From assembly GCA_002633005.1 (NCBI GenBank), contig NMRA01000889.1, forward strand, positions 13,710 through 77,709: 64,000 bases of DNA. The letters are read 5' to 3'. The notes below the pieces were generated by a model. The model searched no databases and was not told where the DNA came from. It saw nothing but the letters and a program-made list of their open reading frames with translations. This DNA is from Phoronis australis (taxonomy: Eukaryota; Animalia; Phoronida). The translations under genes were made by a program, and so were the position numbers. Below, piece by piece: positions 48,201 to 62,294 of the stretch (position 1 is its first letter; each line of letters begins with the position of its first letter).

Positions 48201-51200
48201 GCCGACGTAAAATTTGGCTCAGTGCTCTCTAAACAACGCGTACATTTGAGTAGCTAAGTTTGCAAAGTGAAAATACTTGTTGAAAAAGTATTCGCGACTT
48301 TGCTAGGTCTGACCTGCTATAGGACTGTCATCAAGGTCGTCAAAGATCGAAACTAACTCTAAGTGCTAACTCCTGCCAAACTTCGCAACTTTACATTTGA
48401 AACACATCCTATCAAAAAAGTCGGTGAAACGTTGCCCTAGCCGAATGACGTATAGATGCGCGGGAACAATTCAGCGCAAATTTCACAGCAAAAAATGCTG
48501 TTTACGCATTAAACAATTAATTTTCCATGAAATGAGAAGCCTCGAAATGCAACATGACCGTTAAAATTATTGAGAAGCCTCTCAAGCAAAACCCATTTTT
48601 CAACTTTTACTGTCACACCTTGCTTATGATCTTTAACAGCATGTTACTACATTAAAATGTGAAAATGGGATGAGATGTGGTTCTAAATAAAATTAAATAA
48701 AATAAATGAACTTTTTTGTGGTTTGCTAAACTATGAAAGTAAATAAAAATGCTGACTGCCAAAAAAAAGTATTTTAAGAGGATTAAAGTAGAATTTCACC
48801 AGTTTAGGATGTGATAAAATGTCAGACAGGTGAAATTTTATTTTCTCATTTTTTCACGAATGATGCTTTGCCATATCTAATTTCTATACCATACCTACCG
48901 ACGGACAATATTTTGAAAAATTATGGGCATTAAAAACGTTTGAAGCCATTGGAAATTGAATGAAGTGCAGTTTTGAGAATTATTTTTGTCTGAAATTGGT
49001 GAGATTTTGTTGTTTGTTGTACTTCGAAGAAGTCTTGTCGGAAATCATGAATAAGAATGAGTTGAAATTAATCAATTCAGTGTTATGCATCACCAGAGAA
49101 TTTGCTGAAGATTTGTTTTGAATTCCCCGAATTTCTGATGAGCAGATGTCAACTTCTCCATTTTTATTGAAAACCTAACTGTATTCTCAGGAGAATGTTG
49201 AACCAAATCTGCCTTGTGCAGTAGAAGCTTGGTTAAGTTACGTGGTTGTCACAGTACATGTGTAAGAAAGTATTGATTTTAGCAGAAAAGAAAAAAAATC
49301 AATAGTTGAAACATTAAAATGAAATGTGAAAATTAGTTTTTTTTTTGTAGCTTGCCATGCAGAGGGAAATGAAATAGTCTGCGATTAGTTTCAGTATATA
49401 CACCAATAAATGCTTAATTTGAAGTTCCCGGTATTTTTTCCCTGTTTCTAATTATAGCGACATTTTCGGATAGAAAAGTGTTTTTCTAGGATGAACCCCG
49501 TGGCCGTTTCCAACCTGGAACCTTCGTGGTCACAGGTGGTCTGCTATTGCAGCTGAATCCCACTTGATAATTGGCAGAGGATTTGACGTGTATTGAACTG
49601 ATAAAGTCACGAGCCTTGATTTCATCGAATGTCTAGCAGACAACGGCGAGAATTGGTGATTTGTAATGAAGTCACGAAAAATAGATTTTATTCTTTTATA
49701 GCTCTGATCAAAGCTAACGTGTTTAAAAAGTGCATCCCATCCACCAATTTTTCCATAAATGAGTTTTTAAGCTCATAAACGATTACACAGTGTCCCCTTA
49801 AGTCATGTAAGAACTATCTTGAGTATTTTGCAAAGGAAATCGTGCTAAATGCGTAATAAAAGCTGTTCTATCTGAAATTACGTTGTTTAGAGTAAAATGA
49901 AACATTGTGGCAGATGTCAAGTACTTGAGACTATTGGCCCTTTCCCATACAGTTAACTACTATCGAAGCTTCGATGTTAACTATGGTTAACTGCGTCAGT
50001 GTTAACATCATTTTTGGAGCTAGTCAGAAAACTACTTCGGTCATCCTTTGGTGTTTTTGTCCTTGCCACCAAAAGTGGCAACAACCTCTCACTCTGCCCA
50101 AATGGAACTACAACCCCCAACTTCACAAGGCAGCCAATGGTCGTCATGTTGGGATGAAGACGATGTTCTAGTAGATGACATATCGAAAACTTGACATGGG
50201 TAGGGTAACACTTGATTCCAACAAAGGCTTTGTGTTTTTTGATTTTTAAAAGGTTGATTCCCTTGCTGCAAATATTCTAGGCAGTGTGAACCAAGTTTAT
50301 AATGGACTAAGATTTTCTTGATCTGTTTTTGTGGAAAAATAGGTAAAGAATTGTAGTGCACCAAAAAGTCAAATTCTGTTTTTGAAAAGTCACTCACCAA
50401 ACAAAGTTGAGGGCTGAACAATTTTCCTGTATAGTTTACTCCAGGTGGATGTCTCGCAGCATTCAAACCTTCAGAGGATCAATCTAGAATCTCTAAATAA
50501 AAAGTAGTCTTCCTGAGATTTTTCAACTTAAAATTTTTTCTCGACTCTAAAGACCACCAACCACAAGTCAATTAAGACTTATCATCTGTATCTGATTTCA
50601 CCTCACAAGCGTTCTCCGTTCCCGTAGTAACGGCATACAGCGAGCGCCATCAAGTGATAATGGATACGGGGATGGGCAATTGCTTATATTTACCAGCTTT
50701 GCTGATGATTATGCTACTGCTGATTGATTCAGCACAGCTAGTCAGCTGTAAAATAGCTATAAGCTGTGCATAATCACTTGTCTAGTAGTATATGCGAATG
50801 TCCTCGTTAGGCCGTACCCAATCACAAACATCTGCTCTTTATAGCTTGTGACCGACTTTTTCCTTTGATCATGAATTCCTGCTCATAATTATGCATTTTA
50901 AGTAGGTGAGCTTAAAACATGTTTAACCTGAACCCGCCTGGTGACTGTATTATAACGGCTTTAAAATAAACAAATCGGTTTAATTACGAATTTTGTCAAT
51001 AATGGTGTATCATTTTTTAATTAGGTCACTGACTATTGAAGGTACGACTGTATTCGGCAAGTGTTAAACCTCAAAAAACATTTCTCCCTGTTTCGTTGGC
51101 TAAAATGAACTGGAATTAGGTCTTTTACTCTTCCAAACGGTCTCACAATTTTCTTTACCATGATAGGACTTGTTTCCTGTTACCAAGAACAATATAAAAC

Positions 51201-52879
51201 CATCAACAGGTCGAGAAACGGATAAAAAATTGTCAATTTTTTGGAGTTAGCCAACCCTGAAATTCGAAAAGGGCATGCAGGGTCTTCCCTTCAAAAATAG
51301 GTCACTCACATCACACAACGATCACAGATCTACTGATGGTTTTTGGATTTTGGTCTAGAAATATGTTTAATGTTACTGCTGAACAGGGCAAAGTGCAGAA
51401 TTAGCCTCATTGTTTTTAGTAACCAGCTGTGCTGCTGTTTTATCAATGACATTTCTGGGTCATAACTTAAAGTAAGCTTATTATCCATATAAAGTCAGAT
51501 GTGAAAGCAAATTCTGTGAATTTGTCAAAACAATTCCGAGCTGTTATTTGAAATTAACAGCCCCCTGTGAATTGCTGGTTTAGATGGGCAAGAAACGAAA
51601 TTAAAACTCTTTGGTTAGCAGTGAGCAGGTGTTACTGCTGATTAAGTATTCATTTTCTCATCACATTTTCTTGCTAAGTAACTATAGAGAATTTATGCCT
51701 TGCCAAAGCAACATTTTGTAATGTGTATTACTGTTTCATCTTCATGTTTAGTAGACCAAAGCTTTGGTTATAGGTGACATAGGTGACGTATATAGTGCTC
51801 TATCATTATATAGTATCACGATTCCCAGAGATGGATTTCAATTAGTGAAATATTTTGATTACATCAAATAATCTGACTCAAAACTTTTTAGTGCTGTGAT
51901 GCAGGTGGCACTCTTGCTTCGCTTTCGATATTTAGAGTTATAGAAGACTTTATCGACAAGTCTGGGGATTTAGCTACATATCTTAAAAAAGACTATTTTT
52001 GATATTGAATCAGTAAAATAATGTATATAGATTATCTGAGAGTAGGATGCCTGTGGAATGCGATTTCTGACTTACCGGTATTTACCAATCTTCCCTTAAA
52101 TGGGTCATATGGCCATGTTTTTCATAAAATTTAGCAGAAAAGAAAGGTACATTCATAGCAAGACGACGTTAATAACATAATCAAATTTTGTTTGGTGAAA
52201 ATGTTCAGAATGAAATCTCAAAAACGCTGTTGTAGTTCTCCATGTTATCGCTTCGTATTTGTTTTAGGTAACTGAGTTTTTTCAAAAAAATCACAAAGTT
52301 ATGTTTTTGTATAGCTCTTCATGCAATAGTGGATCGTACTAAAAAAATGTGAATATTGTTATGGAGAAGAGTGCATAAAGCTTGGCATCCAGACAGTTTC
52401 ATATGAATTTGATCAGCCACTTCTGAGATATGATGTTCCAGTTTAGCCAGGTTTAGCTGAATTTAGCTACTTGGACATTCCTCGTCATAAGTGGTAATAT
52501 TACTAGTGCCAATATGGATTCAAAAAGATGTAAAGTGGTAAGCACAACATTGGTAGGAATCAGTGCTTGAGTGAATGAAACTAGAACCTTGACAACATAT
52601 GCGCTACTGACATGAAAGGATAAATTGGCTTTCTATTTTCCTAGGTCTTGTTTCTCTAAAGAGGCTATTGCCTTTTGTCTTTTGAATTTAACCAGTCAAA
52701 AGTCAGGAATCTGAATACAAAAAACAGAAAGTTGATTTTTTTGTCTTTTGCCTTTCTCGAACGTTTCATCTTCGGTATGGTCGAGTTGACAATGGATTTC
52801 TGTCTCATTTGACTTCGATTTGTAGACAAAATTTTATGACTTTTGTATGTAGCTTGTTTTCACGAAACACTGTATGACA

Positions 52880-53988
52880 TGCGTGTCATACAGTGTACGG
52901 AAACCTAACAATATTAAAACCTGTAATGCAATTCTGTATTGTTTCTAGGAATCTCCTTTGCCAAAAGATCATTTTTGTGGCCTTGTGTTATTTATCACAC
53001 AAAATTGTCAAGGTTCATTTCATTCTATACAGGCTAAACTGAAAGTCACAGGCAAAAGACAAAAGCCAGTAGCCAGTCTTTTGAGACATAGGCCCCAGGA
53101 AACAGTCCTATGTTTCCCACATAAACTTACATCATACTACCCCTCAATTTAATCATTTATTAGCAACCACTCTGCACTACTTGTGTTTCTCAAAACTGGC
53201 TTGCATCCTTCTTGGAATTCTCATTACTGTACAGTTACAGTATGCTCACCTCAACTAATAACTTCCAGTGTTTGGATCTCTGAAAAGCTTTTGCATATTT
53301 ATAGTACTATGTAAAATGACCTATTGCAAGCTCCGCCCCTTTGCGTAATGTCGACTAACCAACAATAAGTTTTACCCGGTAACGTGTTGTTTGTGGGGTA
53401 AAATGGCGGCTTGGAAACCAAGGTGTGTCAATAATGACGTGTTCTAAATGGTCAGTTAAGCCGTCACTCAAAATCGTGGTGGTAGGTCAATTCCTGCCAT
53501 GAGAAGAGGTTTGAAAAACCTTTGGTTGCATGAGATAACAATTTTTTTTCTGACAAATGTCAACTATTTTGAATTTAAAAGATTGGGTTTTATTGCTGTA
53601 AATACCAAAAGAGAAGAAGTGTTGGAAGACACATTTGAACCAGTGTTTTTTATACGACTACTGTTTGTAAATTCAAACTTTTGGTAACTTGGTACAGTGT
53701 ATTTAAAATTTGAAACGTAAATTTGGAACAAAGCCTAACTGTGTAAGAAGCAAATAAGAAGTGAACACTGAACCTTACTAGTGAAAGCTTTCAGGAGAAC
53801 ATAATGTAATAAAAAAATTGACTGAATCTGCTAATCTGCGTGTCATACAGTGTACGGAAACCTAACAATATTAAAACCTGTAATGCAATTCTGTTTTGTT
53901 TATAGGAATCTCCTTTGCCAAAAAGTCAGTCTTTTGTGGCCTTGTGTTATTTATCACAGAAAATTGCCAAGGTTCATTTCATTCTCTA
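52880..53988. repeat. Pair of ~150-bp direct repeats (52880-53027 and 53837-53988)
   Basis: TGCGTGTCATACAGTGTACGGAAACCTAACAATATTAAAACC...CAAGGTTCATTTCATTCT occurs twice with few differences. Confidence 0.9.
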
Positions 53989-54789
53989 TTTGTTGCCTGT
54001 GAACATAATTATGGCAGATGCTATTCTCATTAGGTTTTGGTTCTCCTTATTGGTTAACAGGCATTTGTTTTTCATGTCGCCAGCATAATGTTTCCTGATT
54101 TACCAAATCAACCACAAACTGTTACGTACTTGAGGAAAAAATACTGTGGCTAATTCCAGACCATCCGAAGTTTTCAGACCACTTGGTAGATAGTAATCAA
54201 TTTAATGAAGAGCAGACAAAACAGTCCCCGGGAGTGTCGTTTTACTTTTCATGTTCTTAATAGGGATTATATTAATCTTTCAGTCCTTTGGTTCAGCTAG
54301 TGTGGAATAGTACGAAACGGTAGTCTGTCACTCATCTTTGTTTGAGTTTTTATGTCCAAATCATGTCCTGGAATGGTGATTTTCATCTGGAAAGCTCTTG
54401 GTTCGAGGGCTGTTCCAAGAATGGATCTTTTAAGATTGCTTGCAGCGTACATCTCTGCTTACTCGGAGGGTGTAATCTGCCGTTTTTAAACAGTTTAGAA
54501 AATGGTGTAATTTAGAGAGCAAAATATATTACATACAAAGCCTTAAGAGAGCAAGAACAGTTAAAGGGTGGGGTACTCTTATGAAAGTTGCCGTTACGCT
54601 GAGATTTGTTCCAATAACGCAACACTTACAGATAGCTTATTCATTGAATAGAAGTTCAGCTAACAACCCTATGGACTGTAGTGGTTGGTTGACTGCAATT
54701 TCAATTCAAAGATAAGAAATGTGTTGATTTGGAAGAGCAAATATGCCTGTGAAGAGAGTTGTTGTTGTGAACGCCATAACATGTCTTAA

Positions 54790-54968
54790 AGGCGAATGCA
54801 ACCTTTTTCATGTCAGTTTTAGCAAAAATGAAGTTAGTTGATTATCCCATATTTTTCAGTTAATTACAGCTTTTTGTAATTTAAACAATAAAACAATTAC
54901 TCGTCCTCTATTCTGGAAGTGACGTTTTGGGAGGCAAGAATTTCGTGCAAATTTCTTTTCATGTAGAC
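54790..54968 (+). mobile_element. Solo terminal fragment (TIR) of the same Kolobok family
   Basis: ttaa|AGGCGAATGCAACC...AATTACTCGTCCTCTATTCTGGAAGTGACGTTTTGGGAGGCAAG, homologous to 26279-26455. Confidence 0.85.
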
Positions 54969-56379
54969 TCGCAACAATTTGCACTGGAGCAAGGTACCCT
55001 AGAACAAGTAACCCTACCATGATAAGGGGGGGGGGTTAGTTGTCACCCATGTGTCAAGTTACGTCAGTGCAAGTAGCATCCACAAATGCCTTCACCTATC
55101 ATTTTTGGGACACATGTCGAACATAAATACTACTATTGACAGCTTGTTCCAGGGAACTTGGTCTAGAGTAACTCAGTGTGGGTTACACTTTACTCACCTT
55201 AAAGATGATTGCAGGGCTTCAGAGGAACTAATACAACATTATTACTTGAGACCAGGCTCTACAAGTTGGCTTGTCACAGCCTGTTATTTTGGGAGCAGAA
55301 CATTCGTCTTTTAGGAATAATCATGTCAGTTCTTTTTAAGCCCAGAACTTACTTCTCATCCAAGCACTTTTGCAGCCAAGAGTAAGTGGATTAAATAAAA
55401 AATTCACTTCTTTGGTTTTGGCTTTACTAATCGACATCAGTTAATCAGTTGATTCTTATTGATGGTTCTCCCTTGAAATGTTAGTCATGAGCTGCTATTT
55501 TTTATCAAACTGTTATTGTATTTCTACTCCCTCTTTGTTAAGTGTCCATCAATCACGTTCTGCCATTATACCTCTCCACCTAATTTCTCAACTTTCTCCC
55601 TGTTTGGTTGGTCTGTGTTTAGGATCAGCTCCCTGTTTTACTTGTTTGTAACTTTGGAATGGCATACCATTAATTTGATGAGTGCTAAAGATTTGTTTGG
55701 TTGCTGTAGTAACCACTGTAAGTAAACTAACTGAGACTAATGCCTTCCTCTCTCCAGTGTCCATGAGCTGGACAGTGATGAATTGTGCAACTGATGAATT
55801 TGTACTTTTAAAATTGTAAAAATTAGAAGCAACTTAGCTAAGATGAAATTGTCTAGGTTTAAGGGACATTATGAGATTTAGATGACAAAAAGGGCATTTT
55901 TGGAATTATTGTTAGATGAAATAGACCTTTTATTTATCACCTTTAATCAGAGCCATAAAACTCTAAAATACATTGTTTTTGTAATTTTATTACAAATCGT
56001 CAATTCTTGCTGCCAGACATTCGTTGAAATCAAGGCTTTACCAGTTATATACTCTTATAATGACATAACATTTAATGGTTATCTTTTTGCATTCAGCCAC
56101 ACATTTCATGTCCTGTGGTAATGTTGTAATCAAGAACTCTTAACTGTATTTTTAATGTTTCCATACATATTTTTTATTTCATGCAAAGGCCACTGACCCA
56201 TATTACAACACAAGAACTGATGGTAAATAACTATGCCCCAAAGATCATCAGTGACCAATCATTACGTTATAAATTACCTAATGACGTCTTTCGAGCTTTC
56301 TTTTCTGTCTCTATCAGGTATTTACTAATGTTTTTGAATCATCACTGTTGTGATAATTGACGACATGCACAAAGTATTC

Positions 56380-57175
56380 TGGGCTAACATTATATAGACG
56401 TAGTAGATACCTCTCACGGGAGTCACCATACAGAGGACATTCTGGTAAAATGCATCTCATTTTCTAATTTCCTCGTTTTACAGCATTGTCAAATGCTTTT
56501 TTCCCTAACTATTCCGCTAAGTCTCCCTTCGCTAATCATCAATGAAAATTGGACACTTCTGAAGCAAACATTCGCTGGACTTTACTGATTGGTAGCTCCG
56601 GACAAATGAACATATTTTTCTATGACAAAATTATCTTTAAAAACTGCGTACACATCAAGACTTGGCTTGCGTGACAAGTCGGAACACCAGATCTGTTGAT
56701 TTAAGTCATGACACCTCTGTTGAATCTCATTTACAACAGACAATTGATCTAGTACACCTTGATTTAACGTAACCCAAATCTGACGCAAATAGTAGATTCT
56801 AATGTTTATTGCCCAGGACTTTTTTCCTTTTTCAACAAATTCAAACTGAATATTATAGCAATTTTTTACGTATCTGCTATCCAGGGGCCTATTCCGAAAA
56901 AACTGACTTAAGTTTATTTTTTACTTTTGTCTAAGATTCATCTCAACTTCAAACTTTGAAACTTCCTACATCCGGTAAGTTTACTTAGTGAAAATTAAGA
57001 TAAAACCTAACTAGTGAAATTTAAGATCTCTTTTGAAACGGACTTCAGATAAATTTAAGTTTTATCTTAAATTGATAGAAATAATAAGATTTGTCTTAGC
57101 TAAGTCAGTTTTTTTAGAACGGGCCCCTGAACTTTCATACTTTTTAACCATATCTTAATCATTCTAACGTCTCTG
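56380..57175 (-). mobile_element. Non-LTR retrotransposon (LINE, possibly RTEX-like) 3' fragment, interrupted by a MITE
   Basis: Minus-strand peptides RMIKIWLK..Q|DSRYVKNCY..GKKSW, IW..NQ..IQQRCHD..QQIW..SLDVYAVFKDNFVIEKYV, LMISEGR..REK.I.QCC...ENEMHF..CPLY..RERYL (C-terminal Zn-knuckle region). Confidence 0.72.
56885..57126. mobile_element. PIF/Harbinger-like MITE
   Basis: cag|GGGCCTATTCCGAAAAAACTGACTTA ... TAAGTCAGTTTTTTTAGAACGGGCCC|ctg (CWG flanks). Confidence 0.8.
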
Positions 57176-57855
57176 TAATCTAAAAACTGTTATTACAGAC
57201 TTCATTTCTATATATTAGCACACCCTGACTTCATTAGTGAATGGATAGTAATTAACGAGCACAGCCATTGTCATCTATCTTTAATAGCAATAAGTCTTAC
57301 ACCTTCTTTTGCTAATTTGTGGTAGTTGCGGATTTGGTTCTGCCCTCCCATTGTGACACCCTTGTTAATGTTTCAGTTAATTGGTATCAAAAGATCTGGC
57401 ATAGTCTGTTGTGATACCAAAATTAGGAGGTATGATGAGCCAGAACTGGTTGTTAATACCTCATTAGAAAGCAGTGCTTTAAAGCCAAACTTCAACCGAA
57501 TTTGACCAAATTTGTTAGATGTATTGGGCTAACCAAATAGTACTAGCAAAGCTGTAGCAAAATAAGAAAAAGTGAGTGTAATCGCACAAATGTTGGTCCG
57601 TCGAATGATAGGTAAATTTGATTTTTCGTGCCCTATTGCGTCACAGCGAGATCCCAGCACAAACAACAAAAGGCCGATAACAGTTGTATTCACTAGTGAT
57701 CTGAATAGAACACCATTGCCGGCGAGTGTTATTTGCAGCTGTTTAAATTAAACAGTGATTATCGCTGTAACATAGACAAGAGCCTAACAGTTCATTACAA
57801 TTTGACAATTTCATTTATGTTCTTTAATATAGCAATTGCTTGTGTGTCTCCCTTG

Positions 57856-59395
57856 TTACTTGGTGAAATGAAATTTCTCCAAGTCCGTATGTTGCCTTGT
57901 CATAAAATTAATGTTTGTTGTGTGTTTGTTTCTTGTTCTACGCTACAGCTCGCAATTCTCATCGGATTAATATGAAATTTACATGTGTCTCGAGAATGGC
58001 TGGAAGCCTATTGTTTTTCGTTGAATTTGTATACAAGATGGCAGCCATTTTCCCTTTTTCTCATTTTAGAGCGATAGTTCGACTGGGTCGGATTTTTCTG
58101 ATTTTTGTTTGGATAGATCATTCCAAGAGCTATCGTAAATATCAGTTTTTTTCTAGTTTTTACCGTTCTCGAGTTATCCGAGATTTTTCGAGGGGTGGTC
58201 TCCGTATAACTGAGTTTTTGTGCCCTATGTTCAGCGTCCCTTTAGGGATCTGTCTGAAATTTGGAATGTGGATAGATCTTTTCAAGCACTATCAGCATTC
58301 TTGCGATATTCAATATTTACAACTCCAATTACTGTTCTTTTGTTGACTAGTTATTTACAGCTGCACTTTTTCAGCCTATCGTATTGGTGCTAGAGATCGC
58401 ATTTTTGGTCTGATCTACATGAAATTTACGTACATTGTTAACTTCGTCCGTATCCCAAGAACTTTTGTTTTTGTGTGAAATCGGACACGAGATGGCGTTG
58501 TTATGGTCATTTCTCGAGTTATGTTTGTGGTTTGCGGAGCTCTAGATCCATAATCCTTTTAGGACCAAGTCTTTTCAAACTTGGTACATCAGTAGATCTC
58601 CTTACGGGCTATCTAATGCGTTGGGATAATAAGCATAGGGGTCATGATTGTTTATGTTCAGGGTTTCGTCGTCGATCTCGCCTTTAGATTTTTTTTAAAA
58701 ATTTCACGAAGCAGAGCATTTTCATTTGTTTCATTTTTCGCTCTCTACAGATCTCACTTCTTATTGGATCTATGTGAAATTTACACACAATTTGTGCTTC
58801 TTAAATGGCTCGAAGCCTATTGTTTTTGTTTGAAATCGAATATAAGATGGTGCTGGGGTGGCCATTTTTATCTGGTTAGATTTTTCTGATTTCACTTTCT
58901 GTGGATAGATCATTCTAAGGAAAATTGTATGTGTCCATTTGTTTTTTCTGGGTGTTACCGTTTTTGCGTTATTCCAGATTTTCCGATGATTGGTCTCCAA
59001 ATAACTGAGTTTTTGTGCTGTATCTTCAGTGTCCCTTGTTGGATCTGTCTAAAATTTGGTATGTGGATAGATTTTTTCAAGCGCAATGAGCATTGTGAAA
59101 TCCGTTTCTTGCTACGTTTCTTGCATTTTTCGTCTGATTGACATGAAATTCACGCACAGTGTTTACTTTGTCAACAGTCTGAGAACTGTTCTTCTTGGGC
59201 AAAATCAGATGGAAGATGGCACTGTGACGGCCATTTCTCGAATTATATTTACTGTAGCTCCGCGATCCTTTAATCGCATCGTTTCAAATTTGGTATGTAA
59301 ATAGATCCCCTTACGGGCTATCTAATGTGTTAGTGTAATGAACGTGGGAGTCATGATTGTTTATGTTCTTGGTTTCGTTGTCAATCTCACCTTTA
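57856..59395 (+). mobile_element. Degenerate HINE related to family B, internally duplicated
   Basis: 5' TTACTTGGTGAAAT..ATTTCTCCAAGT, ggaagcctattgttttt..caagatggc..gccatttt motifs; 57930-58690 is repeated at 58740-59395. Confidence 0.65.
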
Positions 59396-60729
59396 AATTT
59401 TTAATTTATTTCACTTTATGTCACTTTTCAAATGCTTTCATTTTTCTTTTTTAGAGAGAGGTAGATTAGTATCATTACATACTAGACGTCTCTAATTTAT
59501 TGTGGCTCATGATTCATCATAGAAGTGATGTAAAGTAACTTAGCAACAAAGGGTGCATGGCCCTTCCAACAATTACAGGGACACAGATTGGTTGTCAAAA
59601 TCACAATAATTCCCCTATATTTTGAAATCCATGTTGATGTCCACTTTGGACTAACAACAACACAATTCTTTTGTCTCACTGTCCAAATAGTATCAACTCG
59701 TGTGACTGTATTTTTTGGTTTGCACAAAGTCAACTGCATGCTAGAGGCTGAAACAAGCATGTACAATGGGTGAATCGGAAAACGATAGCACTGACGTCTA
59801 GTGTCTAAAACCATGAACTAGGCTTGCAACAGTTTTAACAGTCCCTTTGTGTGGTAACAATTACATTACAGTTATAGCCTATAGAAAAAGCCTGCAACTA
59901 GGTTTTGTTTGTCTGAATACAGGCGTAGTTAAATTCAAGCATTTAAATTTTTTTAGAAGCTTTTCCATCTTTTAGTTACTGTTGTTCTGTAGCCTGAGTT
60001 TAAGTAAAGTTTTGGTAGACAAAGAAGAATGTTCAGGAATGAACAAGTTTCCTTTTTCTTTCAGAAAACATTAATTAAATTGATCATATGTTAAGCAAGT
60101 TGTTTAACTTATGGACTGACATGATCACCGTTACCAGTGTTCCCTGTAAAGTGCATACTTAACATCAAAGACCTGCTTTCAGCGTCAGCTTACAATTCAA
60201 ACATCGCATCTGATTGCATCTTGAACCAAATCAAAGACAATCATGGCAACTACTTTGTATGCTTACTCACCAATGGCACACCTGGTTGTGAAGCTTCGCA
60301 GGTGCCATGTTTCAAAGGAACATTACTAACAAACTTTTGATGTCTTGGCCGCTGATTAAATAGCCTTGATACCGTGCACTTTGTGACAAAATTAACATTC
60401 ATGACAACTCTGTTTGTTGAAACTTCAGGTTATGTAGGACCCTAGAAAAACTCCTAATTTGGCTAACTTTGCATCACAGAAGTGGCTGGTCTGATTCTTA
60501 CAAACATTTCACATATTACGCTTGCTCAGTTCTGCGAAGGGCTATTAAAGGTTGTTTTCACATTTCACGTTTTCATGGGGATCTATCAAAAATGAAACTT
60601 TTATGATATTTATGGAAAAAAACAAAAGAAATAATTTAGAAAAGTGTAACAGCATTTTTGAGATCATTAATTTCAAATAAAATTGTTCATGTTCTTGATT
60701 CCATTGTTTTCCTATCTATACACTTTTAC

Positions 60730-62294
60730 TTTTTATGCGCCCACATATTTATATGTAGACATATTGTGCCGTCATCTCCGTCCGTCCGGGCAGCGTCCGT
60801 CCGGGCAGCGTCCGTCCGGAGTCCGCTGCTCTATATCCAAAAGCGATTGACATATGTTCATGAAATTTTGCACATGTGTTGCTTTCATGGATGGGACGGC
60901 ATGAGCGAACTTTCGGACGGATCCGACTTCCGGTGTGCCCCCTAGTGGCAATTTTTGTTTTTTTACATTTATCTCTGTATCTTCAAAGGCTTTCAACATA
61001 TTTTCACAAAATTTGGTATTTAGGTATCTATTAGTGAGGCGACGGTAACCTCGCATTTTTGGATGGATTCAGCGTAGTTTGCGCCACCTAGTGGCCATTT
61101 TTACTGTTTTCGAGTTTGCTTTTTAATGTCCACATCTCTATAAACCAAACCGCTCTAAGTATGATTGTGAAAATTGGCTTGTATGTTCTTACTGTGAAGA
61201 TGACGGTTGACGATGATTTTCTGATGACTTTGACTGCTCTGGCACCTCCTAGTCGCAGTTTTGTTTTTTGCACCTATTGCTGTATCTCCTAAACCATTTG
61301 AAGGATCTTTACTAAATTTATTAAGTGTATTTATATGATGTTAACAACAGAGGACGACGACTTTCAGACGGATTTGAGTCTGTTTTTTGGCGTCCACTCG
61401 AACCAAACCGCTTTCAGGATAATTGTGAAAATTGGCATGTGTGTTTTTACTATAAAGTGGATTGCTGACGATGATTTTCCAACGAGCTCGACTACTGTGG
61501 CACCTTCTAGTGGTTGTTTTGTTTTTTTTGCGCTCATGGCTGTATCTCCTAAACTGTTTGCATGATCTTAACTTTATTTAGCATGTGTATTTGTATGATG
61601 TTGACAACGTACAACCACCATTTTCGGACGGATCTGACTACTGGTATGTCCCCTGGTGACAATTTTAGTTTTTTACGTTTACCAGTCTGTATCTTCTAAG
61701 GTCCTCAACAGATTTCATAAAAATTTGAATATAGGCATCTATTGGTGAGATGATGCTATTTTCCTGTTTTTGGATGGAAGCGAGATATTTTGCGCCACCT
61801 AGTGGCCATTTTTGCTGTTTCCAAATCTTGTTTTTGGCGTCCACCCCTTGATCAACCAAATCATTGTAGGGATGGTTTTGAAAATTGGCGTATATGTTTT
61901 CAGTGTGAAGAGGAGCTTTGATGATGACGACTGACTACTGTGGCGCCTCATAGTGGTAGTTTTGTTTTTCGCCCATAACTATATCCAAAACCCACTACAG
62001 ATCTTTATTAAATTTAGTATGTGAATTTATATGAAGATAACATACAATGACTTTTAGGCAGATCGAACGGACGCTGTGCCCACAAATAGCAATTTCATTC
62101 TGTTCTGTTTTCCTTTTGTTTCTCTGAAGGTCCTTGACGGATTTTTATGAAATATGGCATGTTCCCGTTTTTGAATGGATTCTACATGTTTGCGCCATCT
62201 AGTGGCCATTTTTTTGATACATATAAATAACCATAAAAGCCCACCATTTGCGATGCATTTGTGGGCGTATTTCATCACTCCGTGTTGCTCTTGT
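60730..62294 (+). mobile_element. HINE family A copy
   Basis: 5' TTTTTATGCGCCCACAT, (GTCC)n, tandem core and 3' GTGGGCGTAT..GTTGCTCTTGTT; inserted next to a fragment of the 800-1344 MITE family. Confidence 0.87.
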
